A DNA stretch of 56,223 nucleotides. Origin: Candidatus Magasanikiibacteriota bacterium (GTDB lineage Bacteria > Patescibacteriota > Patescibacteriia > Magasanikbacterales > UBA922). The translations under genes were made by a program, and so were the position numbers. Shown piece by piece: positions 36,301 to 45,845 of the stretch; the stretch's first letter is position 1; the number at the start of each line of letters is the position of its first letter. Where the stretch lies: positions 1-56,223 of the forward strand of contig DMXO01000004.1 in NCBI GenBank assembly GCA_003482855.1, written 5' to 3'. A model generated the notes under the pieces. The model saw only the letters and a list, made by a program, of their open reading frames with translations. It searched no databases and was not told where the DNA came from.

Positions 36301-36846
36301 ATGTCACTAAAGTTTAAAAAGATTTTCATGGAATTGAAGCCATCAAAAATTCATCAGGGTGGAGTTGGTTTATTTGCTACAGTAAATATTAAAAAGAATG
36401 AGGTTGTAGAAAAAGGTACTTCAAAAGAAGACCACCAAAAAGTGACCGCATGGAGTGAATTGAAAGGACAGCCGTCTCTTGTCCGCCGTCTTGTGAAAGA
36501 CTTTTGTATTGGTATACCAAATGGTTTCCGTCCGCCTTCAGATTTGGATTTTAATCATTTGTCTATCTCATGGTATTTGAATCATTCTTGTGATGGTAAT
36601 TTGGGGTTTAATGAAGATGGCGATTTCATTGCTTTGAGGTATATTCGTAAAGGAGAGGAACTCTCTTATGACTATGGCTTGGCAGAGTCTAATCCGAAGT
36701 TCAAAATGGTTTGTTATTGTGGTGCTAAACAGTGCCGAGGTGTGATTACAGGGAATGATTGGAAAAATAAAAATTATCAACAAAAATATTTTCATTATTT
36801 TATCCCTATTTTGCGTGAATTTGCAGGAAAATTTTCTAAGAATTGA
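36301..36846 (+). CDS. SET-domain methyltransferase with post-SET Cys cluster
   Basis: GVGLFAT, YLNHSC, GEELSYDY and CYCGAKQC motifs. Confidence 0.9.
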   Translation: MSLKFKKIFMELKPSKIHQGGVGLFATVNIKKNEVVEKGTSKEDHQKVTAWSELKGQPSLVRRLVKDFCIGIPNGFRPPSDLDFNHLSISWYLNHSCDGNLGFNEDGDFIALRYIRKGEELSYDYGLAESNPKFKMVCYCGAKQCRGVITGNDWKNKNYQQKYFHYFIPILREFAGKFSKN

Positions 36847-37037
36847 ATCAAAGGTTTAATATATTTTTGTTTTTTCGGTTTAAGGGATGATTTTTTTAGT
36901 TATTTGCGTTGTGTGGGTAGAATGGGGTGGAAGGTCTTTTGTATATAATAGATACGACGGTATTATCTTGGGTGTTGTTTTTTATTGACTAAGCTTTCTT
37001 TTCACGTTACAATGACCTAATAATATATTAAATTGGT

Positions 37038-38573
37038 ATGCTTATGATTCGTTATAATACTTCGAAACAATGCCACGGCACAGATTGTCTCATTATCCCT
37101 GTATTTGAAGGTCAAAAATTCAAGGGATCTCATTTTTATGGTGTTACCTTAGACCGTTCAATTGAACAATTGGTAGAGGGGGACATTACGGGGAAAAAGA
37201 TGGAAGTATGCATGATGCACGCTACGCATAGTACGGTCAGAAAAGTTTTGTTTGTGGGCTTTGGTAAAGAAAAGGATCTCACTCTCAAACGCTACAAAGA
37301 AACCATTGGCACTGCGGTTGTATATGCACAGGACAGGAAAAATCAGAAAATTTCTATAGCTTTGCCTTTGGAAGTTATGAAAAAGTGGGACATGAAGACC
37401 TTGGGAAAGGAAACGGCTGTGGCAGTAGAAGTTGCTTCTTATGCATATGATGAACACAAAACAGATGAAGACGCGCGAGTTCTTCCCATTACACATGTGG
37501 AATATATTTTGGATGTTAAGTCTGGAGAAAAAAAGAAATTTGAATTGGGTCTAGAAGTAGGACGCGTGGTTGGACAAGGTATTAATCTTGCGCGACATCT
37601 GGGGAATCATCCACCAAGTATCATGACTCCCACATATTTGGCGAGGGAGGCGCGATTGCACACCAAAAAATTGAAAGCTCTTAATGTTAAGATATTATCA
37701 AAGCAGGATTTGGAAAAGATGGGTATGGGGCTGTTGCTCGGGGTTGCGCGCGGTTCAGCAGAAGAACCAAAGTTTATCATTATCGAATATCGTGGTAGTC
37801 AAAAACCTACAGAGAAACCTACCGTACTTGTAGGCAAGGGTGTTACCTATGACTCGGGTGGGCTTAGTTTGAAGCCACGCGATTTTCTTATTGATATGAA
37901 GTATGACATGCTTGGTGCAGCTGCTGTTTTGAGTACTATGTATGTAGTTGCTACTTTGAAATTAAAACGAAATGTGGTGGCTCTTATACCAGCTGTAGAA
38001 AATATGCCAAGTGGTTCTGCCTTTAGACCTGATGATATCCTCAAGGCTTTGAATGGGAAAACAGTAGAAATAAAAAACACAGATGCTGAAGGACGCTTAA
38101 TTCTTGCTGATGCTCTGTGCTATGCTATGAAATATAATCCAAAAGAAGTGATTGATTTGGCGACGCTTACTGGTGGTTGCATGATTGCTGTTGGGCTCGA
38201 ACGCTCAGGCCTTTTTAGCTCAGAAAAAAATATGGTTGAAAGTTTACTTAGATCATCAGAAGCTTGTGGAGAACAATTGTGGCAATTGCCTTTGGGGGAG
38301 GAATTCGATGAAGTAAACAAAAGTGAAATTGCTGACATTAGAAACTCTGCAGGAACCAATGCGGATAGGTTTGGTCAGGCAAGTATCGGCGCTTCATTTC
38401 TTGAATTTTTTACCAAAGATAAAAAAGGAAATCCTCTATATCCATGGGCGCATATTGATCTGGCAGGCGCTATTTATAGTGGTAAAGGCAAGGCTTGGAT
38501 GCGAGCTGGGGCCAATGGTTTTGGCGTACAAATACTGGTGGAATATTTGGACCGGAAGTATATATGGGAATAG
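37038..38573 (+). CDS. pepA: Leucyl aminopeptidase (M17)
   Basis: KGVTYDSGG, MKYDM, NTDAEGRL, DLATLTG and HIDLAG motifs. Confidence 0.92.
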   Translation: MLMIRYNTSKQCHGTDCLIIPVFEGQKFKGSHFYGVTLDRSIEQLVEGDITGKKMEVCMMHATHSTVRKVLFVGFGKEKDLTLKRYKETIGTAVVYAQDRKNQKISIALPLEVMKKWDMKTLGKETAVAVEVASYAYDEHKTDEDARVLPITHVEYILDVKSGEKKKFELGLEVGRVVGQGINLARHLGNHPPSIMTPTYLAREARLHTKKLKALNVKILSKQDLEKMGMGLLLGVARGSAEEPKFIIIEYRGSQKPTEKPTVLVGKGVTYDSGGLSLKPRDFLIDMKYDMLGAAAVLSTMYVVATLKLKRNVVALIPAVENMPSGSAFRPDDILKALNGKTVEIKNTDAEGRLILADALCYAMKYNPKEVIDLATLTGGCMIAVGLERSGLFSSEKNMVESLLRSSEACGEQLWQLPLGEEFDEVNKSEIADIRNSAGTNADRFGQASIGASFLEFFTKDKKGNPLYPWAHIDLAGAIYSGKGKAWMRAGANGFGVQILVEYLDRKYIWE

Positions 38574-38854
38574 ATTCACTAAGCCCTCTTGAAGAGGCGC
38601 GGAAAAAAGCGCAAGCTCTTCTGGCAGAAAATGTTCGGATATTTTTTGATGATTTTGGTGAAAGTGAAGATGCAATAGAGGCTTTCGCTATGAGTATAGA
38701 GGGATTTGATAAATCTCAATTACAAGAATATCGTCAAGCTCTTGCTCTCACGCTAAGCAATTTTTCCAGAGATAGCAGGGCTGGTAATCCTCTTGTTATA
38801 TTTTATGAAAAATGTCTTGAAAAGGTTGATGCTCAAATGGAAAATGTAGAATAA
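38564..38854 (+). CDS. Hypothetical protein (~96 aa)
   Basis: ATG overlaps the pepA end; acidic helical ORF within the operon. Confidence 0.55.
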   Translation: MGIDSLSPLEEARKKAQALLAENVRIFFDDFGESEDAIEAFAMSIEGFDKSQLQEYRQALALTLSNFSRDSRAGNPLVIFYEKCLEKVDAQMENVE

Positions 38855-38861
38855 TTATAGT

Positions 38862-40160
38862 ATGGGAATTCATAAGAAAAAATTAGAACTCCTCGCTCCT
38901 GCGGGGAGTCTTGAAAAAATGAAGTATGCCTTTGCCTACGGGGCAGATGCGGTATATATGGGTATACCGGATTTTAGTTTGCGCGTGCGTATCAATCAAT
39001 TTACTATGGATAATGTGAAAGAGGCGATTGAGTACGCGCACGTATTAAAAAAGAAAATTTATGTGACGGTCAATGTCGTTGCTCACAATGAACATCTGGA
39101 AAAACTTCCTTCCTATCTAAAAAAATTGAACGTGTGGAAACCAGATGCGCTTATTGTGTCAGATCCTGGCGTCATGGTATATGCAAAGAAGTACGCATCA
39201 GATGTGAAGATCCATCTTTCAACCCAAGCAAACGCAACAAATTGGGAAACAGTAAAATTTTGGTATGATCAGGGCCTTGAACGCGTCGTCCTTGGTCGAG
39301 AGGTGACTCTCAAAGAATTGAAAGAAATTCATGTGAAAGTACCTAGATGCGAGTTGGAGTATTTTATTCACGGTGCGATGTGTATGAGTTATTCTGGCCG
39401 ATGTATGCTCTCCGCATGGCTTACGGGACGCAGTGCAAATTTGGGTGATTGTACACAGCCATGCCGATGGAAATATAATGTAGACAATGCACAGATGTAC
39501 GTGCTTCAAGCTGAAGTAGAGGAGCCTTTGCGTCCCGGAGAAAAAATTCCTGTTGAACAAGATGTACATGGCACCTATATATTCAATTCGAAGGATATGT
39601 GTCTCATAGAATATCTTCCCGAACTTATTGATGCAGGAGTCGTGAGCTTCAAGATAGAGGGTCGTGCAAAGAGTGCCGCATATTTGGCAAGCGTAGTAAA
39701 AGCATATAGACAAGCATTTGATTATATATTGCATGAAGGACAACATAAAGATATAAAAATACAAAGAAGAACATTGAAACACATCAAAAAGAATGTATTG
39801 GATAAACTTGTTCATCGAGGTTATACGACGGGTTTCCTTTTTGGTCGTGATACAGTAGAACAAAATATAGATAATAGTCATAAGGGAAGTGATGCAGAAT
39901 ATGTTGGCGAAGTAATAAGCTCTGTACGCGTAGGGAAAAAATGGAAGACAACAGTACGCCCGCATAATGCTCTGCGTGTGGGAGACAGAATTCGTATTAT
40001 GCAACCAAAACATGATGATTTGCGTATGATAATCAAAGAGATGTATAATGAACAAGGAGAATCTATCGGCAGCGGACATGGAGGCAGCGGCAGGCGTATA
40101 GTGATATATACAAGTCGCGAGGTAAAAGAGTTTGGTATTTTGTTTTTGTGTAATACATAG
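38862..40160 (+). CDS. U32 family protein (TrhP/YegQ-like RNA hydroxylation factor)
   Basis: ELLAPAG, HLSTQ, HGAMCMSYSGRC, CTQPCR and KIEGR motifs; C-terminal beta domain. Confidence 0.88.
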   Translation: MGIHKKKLELLAPAGSLEKMKYAFAYGADAVYMGIPDFSLRVRINQFTMDNVKEAIEYAHVLKKKIYVTVNVVAHNEHLEKLPSYLKKLNVWKPDALIVSDPGVMVYAKKYASDVKIHLSTQANATNWETVKFWYDQGLERVVLGREVTLKELKEIHVKVPRCELEYFIHGAMCMSYSGRCMLSAWLTGRSANLGDCTQPCRWKYNVDNAQMYVLQAEVEEPLRPGEKIPVEQDVHGTYIFNSKDMCLIEYLPELIDAGVVSFKIEGRAKSAAYLASVVKAYRQAFDYILHEGQHKDIKIQRRTLKHIKKNVLDKLVHRGYTTGFLFGRDTVEQNIDNSHKGSDAEYVGEVISSVRVGKKWKTTVRPHNALRVGDRIRIMQPKHDDLRMIIKEMYNEQGESIGSGHGGSGRRIVIYTSREVKEFGILFLCNT

Positions 40161-40163
40161 TCT

Positions 40164-40733
40164 ATGATTGCCTATTTGAAAGGAATTATTATTCAAAAAG
40201 AAAAAAATTGTTTTGTCGTCATGACTGAGAGTGGCGTTGGATATGAGATACATGTACCATCGTCATTTTTTTTGAAATTGAAAGAAGGTCAAGAATGTGT
40301 ATCATATACATATCTCAAGGTATCAGAAAATAATATGGAGCTTTTTGGATTTGAAACAGCACAAGAGAAACAATTTTTTGAATTATTAATTACCGTGAGT
40401 GGTATTGGCCCGCGGACAGCAATGAATATTTTTGGTTTGGGGAGTATTGATGAAATCAGGCAGGCAATTTCGCGAGGGGACGTATCATATCTCACCCAAG
40501 TGAGTGGTATGGGCAAAAAGACAGCAGAGAGACTGTGTGTGGAGCTCAAGAATAAGGTGGGGCAAGAGACGTGGGGACATGGAGAAGAAGCCGCAAGTGG
40601 CAAGCTTGGAGAAATAATTGAAGGGCTCATGACAATGGGATATAGTAGAGAACAGGCTCGGGCTGCTATTGTTGGTTTGGATAATAGTTTGCCTATTGAA
40701 GAATTATTGCGTCAAGCATTACAACATATATAA
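40164..40733 (+). CDS. ruvA: Holliday junction branch migration protein RuvA
   Basis: MIAYLKG, GVGYEI, LITVSGIGPRTA and GMGKKTAERL motifs. Confidence 0.93.
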   Translation: MIAYLKGIIIQKEKNCFVVMTESGVGYEIHVPSSFFLKLKEGQECVSYTYLKVSENNMELFGFETAQEKQFFELLITVSGIGPRTAMNIFGLGSIDEIRQAISRGDVSYLTQVSGMGKKTAERLCVELKNKVGQETWGHGEEAASGKLGEIIEGLMTMGYSREQARAAIVGLDNSLPIEELLRQALQHI

Positions 40734-40748
40734 TTTTTATTTTATACT

Positions 40749-41510
40749 ATGGAAACACCTTCCAATCCAGTAGTAGTGGGTGAATCAAATTTCACCTTTG
40801 GTAGCATCGTGAGGCATGTCTATGCTCTTATGAGAGAATTTTATAAGGAAATTCTCATTATCGTTGCTATCGTGTATATACCACTCAATGTGGTATATGA
40901 GTTATTGCTTACTTCTCTACAAAATGAGACAGCATGGGCTAGCTTCCGTACGGCCAATAGAGCGTGGACATGGCTTGAGATGCTTATCGGTGTTATTGCG
41001 TCTATAGCTATTATTATTCTCGTGCAGGCATTTTTGGAGAAAAAAGAAAAAATGATATGGCAAGACAGTATAAAACAGGCTCTTTCATTTTGGTCACGAG
41101 TGTTTACGACACAAATCACCCAAGGAATATTGCTTGTAGGTTTGTTTCTTTTGTTGGTAATACCGGGGATTATATATTCTGTATATTGGTCACTCATTAT
41201 ACCCATTGTGGTTGTACTTGGTAAAAAGAATATGGAAGCTCTTGATCATAGTAAAAAACTTGTATCAGGAGATTGGTGGAAAATATTTGGTTGGTTTGTT
41301 GGGTTATTTTTGGTTGCAGTAGTGGCTGCTTTCATCTTGTCTATTCCTTTTATGTTTCTGCCTGATTATATGGTAGTCAATGTGTTGAGTGATACGGTTA
41401 TGGATTTTACATTTGTTGGTATTACTATTGGCTCATTGCTTATTTTTAGACATTTGCAGGAGAAAAAGGGTAGGGAAGTACAGACACAAGTCGACAACGC
41501 AGTAAAATAA
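40749..41510 (+). CDS. Hypothetical polytopic membrane protein
   Basis: About six TM segments; ALDHSKKLVSGDWWK pattern. Confidence 0.7.
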   Translation: METPSNPVVVGESNFTFGSIVRHVYALMREFYKEILIIVAIVYIPLNVVYELLLTSLQNETAWASFRTANRAWTWLEMLIGVIASIAIIILVQAFLEKKEKMIWQDSIKQALSFWSRVFTTQITQGILLVGLFLLLVIPGIIYSVYWSLIIPIVVVLGKKNMEALDHSKKLVSGDWWKIFGWFVGLFLVAVVAAFILSIPFMFLPDYMVVNVLSDTVMDFTFVGITIGSLLIFRHLQEKKGREVQTQVDNAVK

Positions 41511-41519
41511 TACAAACAT

Positions 41520-41843
41520 ATGAGTAGAATTGGACGAGAAGAAGGAGAAGGTTCAGAAGCTGTAGTGCAAGAGCGTATTCGGCAGGCAGAAGAAGATTTA
41601 CAATATATTGAACAGGGTGATTATATGCTTCCTGCAAGTAGAGATGCACAGGGGAGTAAGACGTACTGGCTAACTTTGAAACAAGGTTTGGAACGGTCAC
41701 CACAATTTGGACCTGAGCATATCGTAACAAAAGAAGCAGCTCGTATTTTTGATGTATTGGATAATGGCGGACAAATACGGGAACAGAGTCTCGTTGCATT
41801 CAAAGATCTTGTTAATCGTTTAGCTCTTCAACAGGCAGCTTAA
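41520..41843 (+). CDS. Hypothetical protein
   Basis: 107-aa ORF in the operon, followed by a terminator. Confidence 0.55.
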   Translation: MSRIGREEGEGSEAVVQERIRQAEEDLQYIEQGDYMLPASRDAQGSKTYWLTLKQGLERSPQFGPEHIVTKEAARIFDVLDNGGQIREQSLVAFKDLVNRLALQQAA

Positions 41844-41859
41844 AATGAATAACTAAAAT

Positions 41860-41886
41860 AAAACACTCCTTTGCCAGGAGTGTTTT
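41860..41886. terminator. Bidirectional terminator
   Basis: AAAACACTCCT / AGGAGTGTTTT inverted repeat. Confidence 0.75.
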
Positions 41887-41899
41887 TAGTTTGACTATG

Positions 41900-44428
41900 T
41901 CAGCCTTCAAGTAATGCTGTACTTGCCACTCTATCTCCATCTTCTTTGAATCTCATCACACGCACACCTTGGGTTGCACGTCCGAGCGTAGATACGCTCT
42001 TGAGAGGAGTACGTACGACTTGACCATTGACTGAGATCATCATGAGGTCTTTATTTTCTGTATTATTTATAATGCGTGCGCTGATGATAGGGCCTGTCTT
42101 TTGTGTGACAGCCATCGTTTTTATACCGCTACCACCTCGTCCTTGGACTTTATATTCAGTGAGATTGGTACGTTTGCCAAGCCCATGTTCAGAGACAACG
42201 AGGAGCTCGAGGACTTTCTTTTTTACAAGATCAGATGATACGACGTCCATGCCTACTACGTGGTCATTTGATTTGAGTTTCATGCCTCGTACGCCGCTTG
42301 CGGTACGTCCCATACCGCGCACATTTTTTTCTTGAAATCTGATTGCTTGTCCTTGTGCTGTGATAATCATGATATCATTGGTGCCAGTCGACGGGCGCAC
42401 CCATTCGAGCATGTCATCTTCTCGTAATTTGAGTGCGATGAGACCTGACCTGCGAACGTTTTTGAAATCATCAAGCGCTGTCTTTTTGATAGTTCCTTTG
42501 GTTGTCAACATGACGAGGTATTGATATTTGTTCATATCTTCCATAGAGAGTATGGCTGATACTTTTTCATTGGGCGCAAGTTGCAAAAAGTTGACGAGGG
42601 CCTGTCCTTTTGATGTCCTACTTGCTTGTGGAATATCATATGCACGGAGTTGAAACACACGGCCACGTGTAGTGAAGAAAAGAATATTGTCATGTGTATT
42701 GGTTGTAATGAGTTCATCCACCACGTCTTCTTCTTTTGTTGCAAGACCAATAACACCTTTGCCACCGCGAGATTGTGTTTTGAATGTGTCTGGTGGCAAA
42801 CGTTTGATATAGCCATCACGGGTTGTAATGATAAGCGTCGGTTCATTGGGCACGAGATCTTCTATACTAAATTCTTTTACACCATGAGCAATGATTTCAG
42901 TGCGTCGTTCGCTCGCGTATGTTTTTTTGATATCTATCACCTCATTTTTGATAACGCCAAGGATTTTCTTGGGACTGGCAAGGAGCGCTTCGAGCTCAGC
43001 AATAAGTTGTTTCTTTTCCTTCAACTCATCTTCGATTTTTTGTCGTTCGAGATTAGCAAGCTGTTGTAATTTCATTTCAAGAATGGCTACTGTCTGGCGT
43101 TCAGTAAATCCAAATTTTTTCATGAGATTAACTTTTGCTTCATCTTTGTCCTTTGATTTGCGTATGGTAGTTATGATGAGATCTATTTTATCAAGTGCTT
43201 TTTTGAGCCCTTCAAGTATGTGCGCACGATCTTTGGCCTTTTCGAGATCAAATTCAGTTCGTCTGCGGACGACTTCTTGTCTGTGTTTGATATATTCTTC
43301 GAGAACTGTCTTCAGGTTGAGGACTCGTGGTTGTATACCGTCTACGAGCGCAAGTAGATTTACATGGAATGTTGTTTGTAGATCTGTTAATTTAAAAAGT
43401 CTGTTCAAAATCTTTTTTGGATACGCGTCTTTTTTGAGTTCAATAACAACGCGTACGCCATCTTTGTTACTTTCGTCGCGCAAATCTCTGATGCCTTCGA
43501 TCTTTTTTTCTTGGACAAGTAAAGCGATTTTTTCAAGCAATACAGCTTTGTTCACTTGATAAGGCACTTCAGACACAATGATCTTGAATTGTCCAGCTTT
43601 GTCTTCTTGGATATCTGTCTTTGCACGCAATACAATACCTCCGCGTCCTGTTGCATATGCAGCTGCAATATCATTTTTGTTGTAGATAATGCCACCTGTT
43701 GGGAAGTCTGGTCCTTTGATATCCTCCATGAGTTCTTCTGTGGTTGTTTTTGGATTATCTATGATCCGCATGATACCGTCGCATAGCTCACCAAGATTAT
43801 GTGGAGGAATATTTGTTGCCATACCAACAGCAATACCCATACTTCCGTTCAAGAGTAGGTTTGGTAGTTTACTGGGGAGCACACGGGGTTCTCTATGTGA
43901 GCCATCATACGTAGGGGAGAAGTCTACAGTATTTTTTTCGATATCATAGAGGAGTTCTTCTGCAAGGGCTTCAAGCTTTGCTTCTGTATAACGCATGGCA
44001 GCAGCATTGTCGCCATCCATAGAACCAAAGTTACCTTGTCCATTTACCAATGTCTGGCGCATGTTGAAATCTTGCGCCATACGTACCATAGAATCATAGA
44101 TAGCGGCGTCACCGTGTGGATGATACTTTGCCATTACTTCACCAACAACGTGCGCTGATTTTTTGAATTTTGCATTATGTTTGAGCCCAATACCCCACAT
44201 TGCATAGAGGATTCTACGATGGACAGGCTTGAGACCATCACGAACGTCTGGTAGCGCGCGGGATACGATCACGCTCATGGCGTAATCCAAATATGATCTC
44301 TGCATTTCGTCTACGAGATTGACTGGTTCTACCTTTCCTTCAGGAGATATAACTTCAAATTTTTCTTGGGTAGGTTTTTGTGCTGAGCGTGATGCTTCAG
44401 CAGAAATTTTTTTGTTCATGCGGGGCAT
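41900..44428 (-). CDS. gyrA: DNA gyrase subunit A
   Basis: YHPHGD, AAMRYTEA, GyrA-box QSRGGKG and C-terminal pinwheel repeats. Confidence 0.97.
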   Translation of the reverse strand: MPRMNKKISAEASRSAQKPTQEKFEVISPEGKVEPVNLVDEMQRSYLDYAMSVIVSRALPDVRDGLKPVHRRILYAMWGIGLKHNAKFKKSAHVVGEVMAKYHPHGDAAIYDSMVRMAQDFNMRQTLVNGQGNFGSMDGDNAAAMRYTEAKLEALAEELLYDIEKNTVDFSPTYDGSHREPRVLPSKLPNLLLNGSMGIAVGMATNIPPHNLGELCDGIMRIIDNPKTTTEELMEDIKGPDFPTGGIIYNKNDIAAAYATGRGGIVLRAKTDIQEDKAGQFKIIVSEVPYQVNKAVLLEKIALLVQEKKIEGIRDLRDESNKDGVRVVIELKKDAYPKKILNRLFKLTDLQTTFHVNLLALVDGIQPRVLNLKTVLEEYIKHRQEVVRRRTEFDLEKAKDRAHILEGLKKALDKIDLIITTIRKSKDKDEAKVNLMKKFGFTERQTVAILEMKLQQLANLERQKIEDELKEKKQLIAELEALLASPKKILGVIKNEVIDIKKTYASERRTEIIAHGVKEFSIEDLVPNEPTLIITTRDGYIKRLPPDTFKTQSRGGKGVIGLATKEEDVVDELITTNTHDNILFFTTRGRVFQLRAYDIPQASRTSKGQALVNFLQLAPNEKVSAILSMEDMNKYQYLVMLTTKGTIKKTALDDFKNVRRSGLIALKLREDDMLEWVRPSTGTNDIMIITAQGQAIRFQEKNVRGMGRTASGVRGMKLKSNDHVVGMDVVSSDLVKKKVLELLVVSEHGLGKRTNLTEYKVQGRGGSGIKTMAVTQKTGPIISARIINNTENKDLMMISVNGQVVRTPLKSVSTLGRATQGVRVMRFKEDGDRVASTALLEG

Positions 44429-44434
44429 ACATTG

Positions 44435-44857
44435 CTAAGGTTGTGATTGAATAGTAGTAGTATTGCTGTTGGATTCGGTATTCGTTGTGCTACTTACGAA
44501 GAGAGGTAAGAGTGTTTCAGACAAAGCTTGTTGTATTTTTTGTTCTTGTGAGATGGTTGTTGTTGGAGCGGTTGGTGCATCTGTGAGTTCTTCCTCTATA
44601 TCTATCTCTTGCCCGGCGAATGTTTTTATAATTGCTTGCAAATCATTCTTGCTCGTATTGAGCATCTCTTTTGCTGGGTCTTGCACTTGGCTTGATTCAT
44701 AAAAGAGGGTTATGAGATTCATACCCCATAGGGCGAAGATGGCAACCATAAATATAATAACTCCTGTCCACATCCACATTTTGCTTTTGTGTGGAGTGAT
44801 ATATGGTTCAACAATTTTTTTTGCTGCCGGAGTATTATCTTCAGGAATAGAAGACAT
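44435..44857 (-). CDS. Hypothetical single-TM protein
   Basis: One TM segment followed by a low-complexity tail. Confidence 0.6.
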   Translation of the reverse strand: MSSIPEDNTPAAKKIVEPYITPHKSKMWMWTGVIIFMVAIFALWGMNLITLFYESSQVQDPAKEMLNTSKNDLQAIIKTFAGQEIDIEEELTDAPTAPTTTISQEQKIQQALSETLLPLFVSSTTNTESNSNTTTIQSQP

Positions 44858-44873
44858 AGTGGGTATATTATAT

Positions 44874-45488
44874 TTATTCTTTTTCTAGTATTCTGACTTC
44901 TAGTTCTTCTTGAGGCAAGTCTTTCTTTTTGAGAATTATCTTTTTTTCAGGTTCGTTATTTTTTGCTCCTATTTCTTTGAGAAATGAATCTATAGGTTTT
45001 GCCTCTGGGTCATTATCTGATTTGAATGCACAAGGTATGACTATGCGAGGTTCAATGGCATTTACTATTTTTACTGCTTCTTCTGCGTCAAAAGAGTCTG
45101 GATGGCCCACAGGTATACAGAGAATATCTACCCCCGCAAGCATAGCAAGCTGTTTTTCAGTGAGAGATTTTTTGGTGAGCCCTACATGACCAAGGCTAAG
45201 TCCTTCCGTGTCTATTCGTACCATAGTGTTGCCAGGCTCGTGCCCCTCGACTGCACTTGCAAGTACGCCATGTACATCTATTTCACCAGGTGTTGAAAGT
45301 ACAAAAGGATTGCCAGATAGTGTGACACTGTCTTTTTCTCCCCGTGTGTATAGTCCCATATGAGGTGTGAGACTACGGGGGAATAGTCCTTTTTCTGGTC
45401 TGTATGGGTCTATGACAACAGTAATTTCTTTGTCAAAAGGTTTTGTCTGTATTTTGATAGCTGTTGTGCCGAGCCAAGATATGTGCAT
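44874..45488 (-). CDS. Metallo-beta-lactamase-fold protein (degenerate metal site)
   Basis: ISWLG..., VVIDPY, PGEIDVHG and EPRIVIP motifs. Confidence 0.75.
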   Translation of the reverse strand: MHISWLGTTAIKIQTKPFDKEITVVIDPYRPEKGLFPRSLTPHMGLYTRGEKDSVTLSGNPFVLSTPGEIDVHGVLASAVEGHEPGNTMVRIDTEGLSLGHVGLTKKSLTEKQLAMLAGVDILCIPVGHPDSFDAEEAVKIVNAIEPRIVIPCAFKSDNDPEAKPIDSFLKEIGAKNNEPEKKIILKKKDLPQEELEVRILEKE

Positions 45489-45690
45489 ATTAAAAGGCTT
45501 ACGAGGTTTAAAAAGCTTATAATGCTTACAAGGGGCCTTACTTACGTCTTGTAGGTCTATTGAGCCTTCCAAACTCTTTTGTTACGCCATTATTATACAG
45601 GATTTTTGGCTGTGACGCAAGGTAAAAATATGTGTATAACATGTTGATTTTGTGGCTTAATTTAGATGAAAATGTTTATTTCTTAGACAC

Positions 45691-45719
45691 TTGACTATTT
45701 GGAAAACAGGTGGTATAGT
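45691..45719 (+). promoter_or_regulatory. Sigma70 promoter of rpsA
   Basis: TTGACT-17-TATAGT. Confidence 0.6.
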
Positions 45720-45845
45720 ATGCGGGCTCCAAATAGAGCCACTGGCCTGTTTGGCATAGGTATTTATTTAGCCTCTGCAATTACCTAAGAGGGCTCGGGC
45801 AACCCCGGGTTAATACGCAGCAAAGCTGCAGTATTTATTCTTAAT

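Noticed and set aside
39219-40253. 344-aa antisense ORF
   Set aside because: It lies opposite the well-supported U32 gene and has no recognisable motifs; it is a shadow ORF. The same applies to antisense ORFs over gyrA, livG, ileS and ftsH.
45722-45845. Multi-hairpin rpsA leader
   Set aside because: Structured ribosomal-protein leaders are expected, and I cannot assign a specific motif from one sequence.
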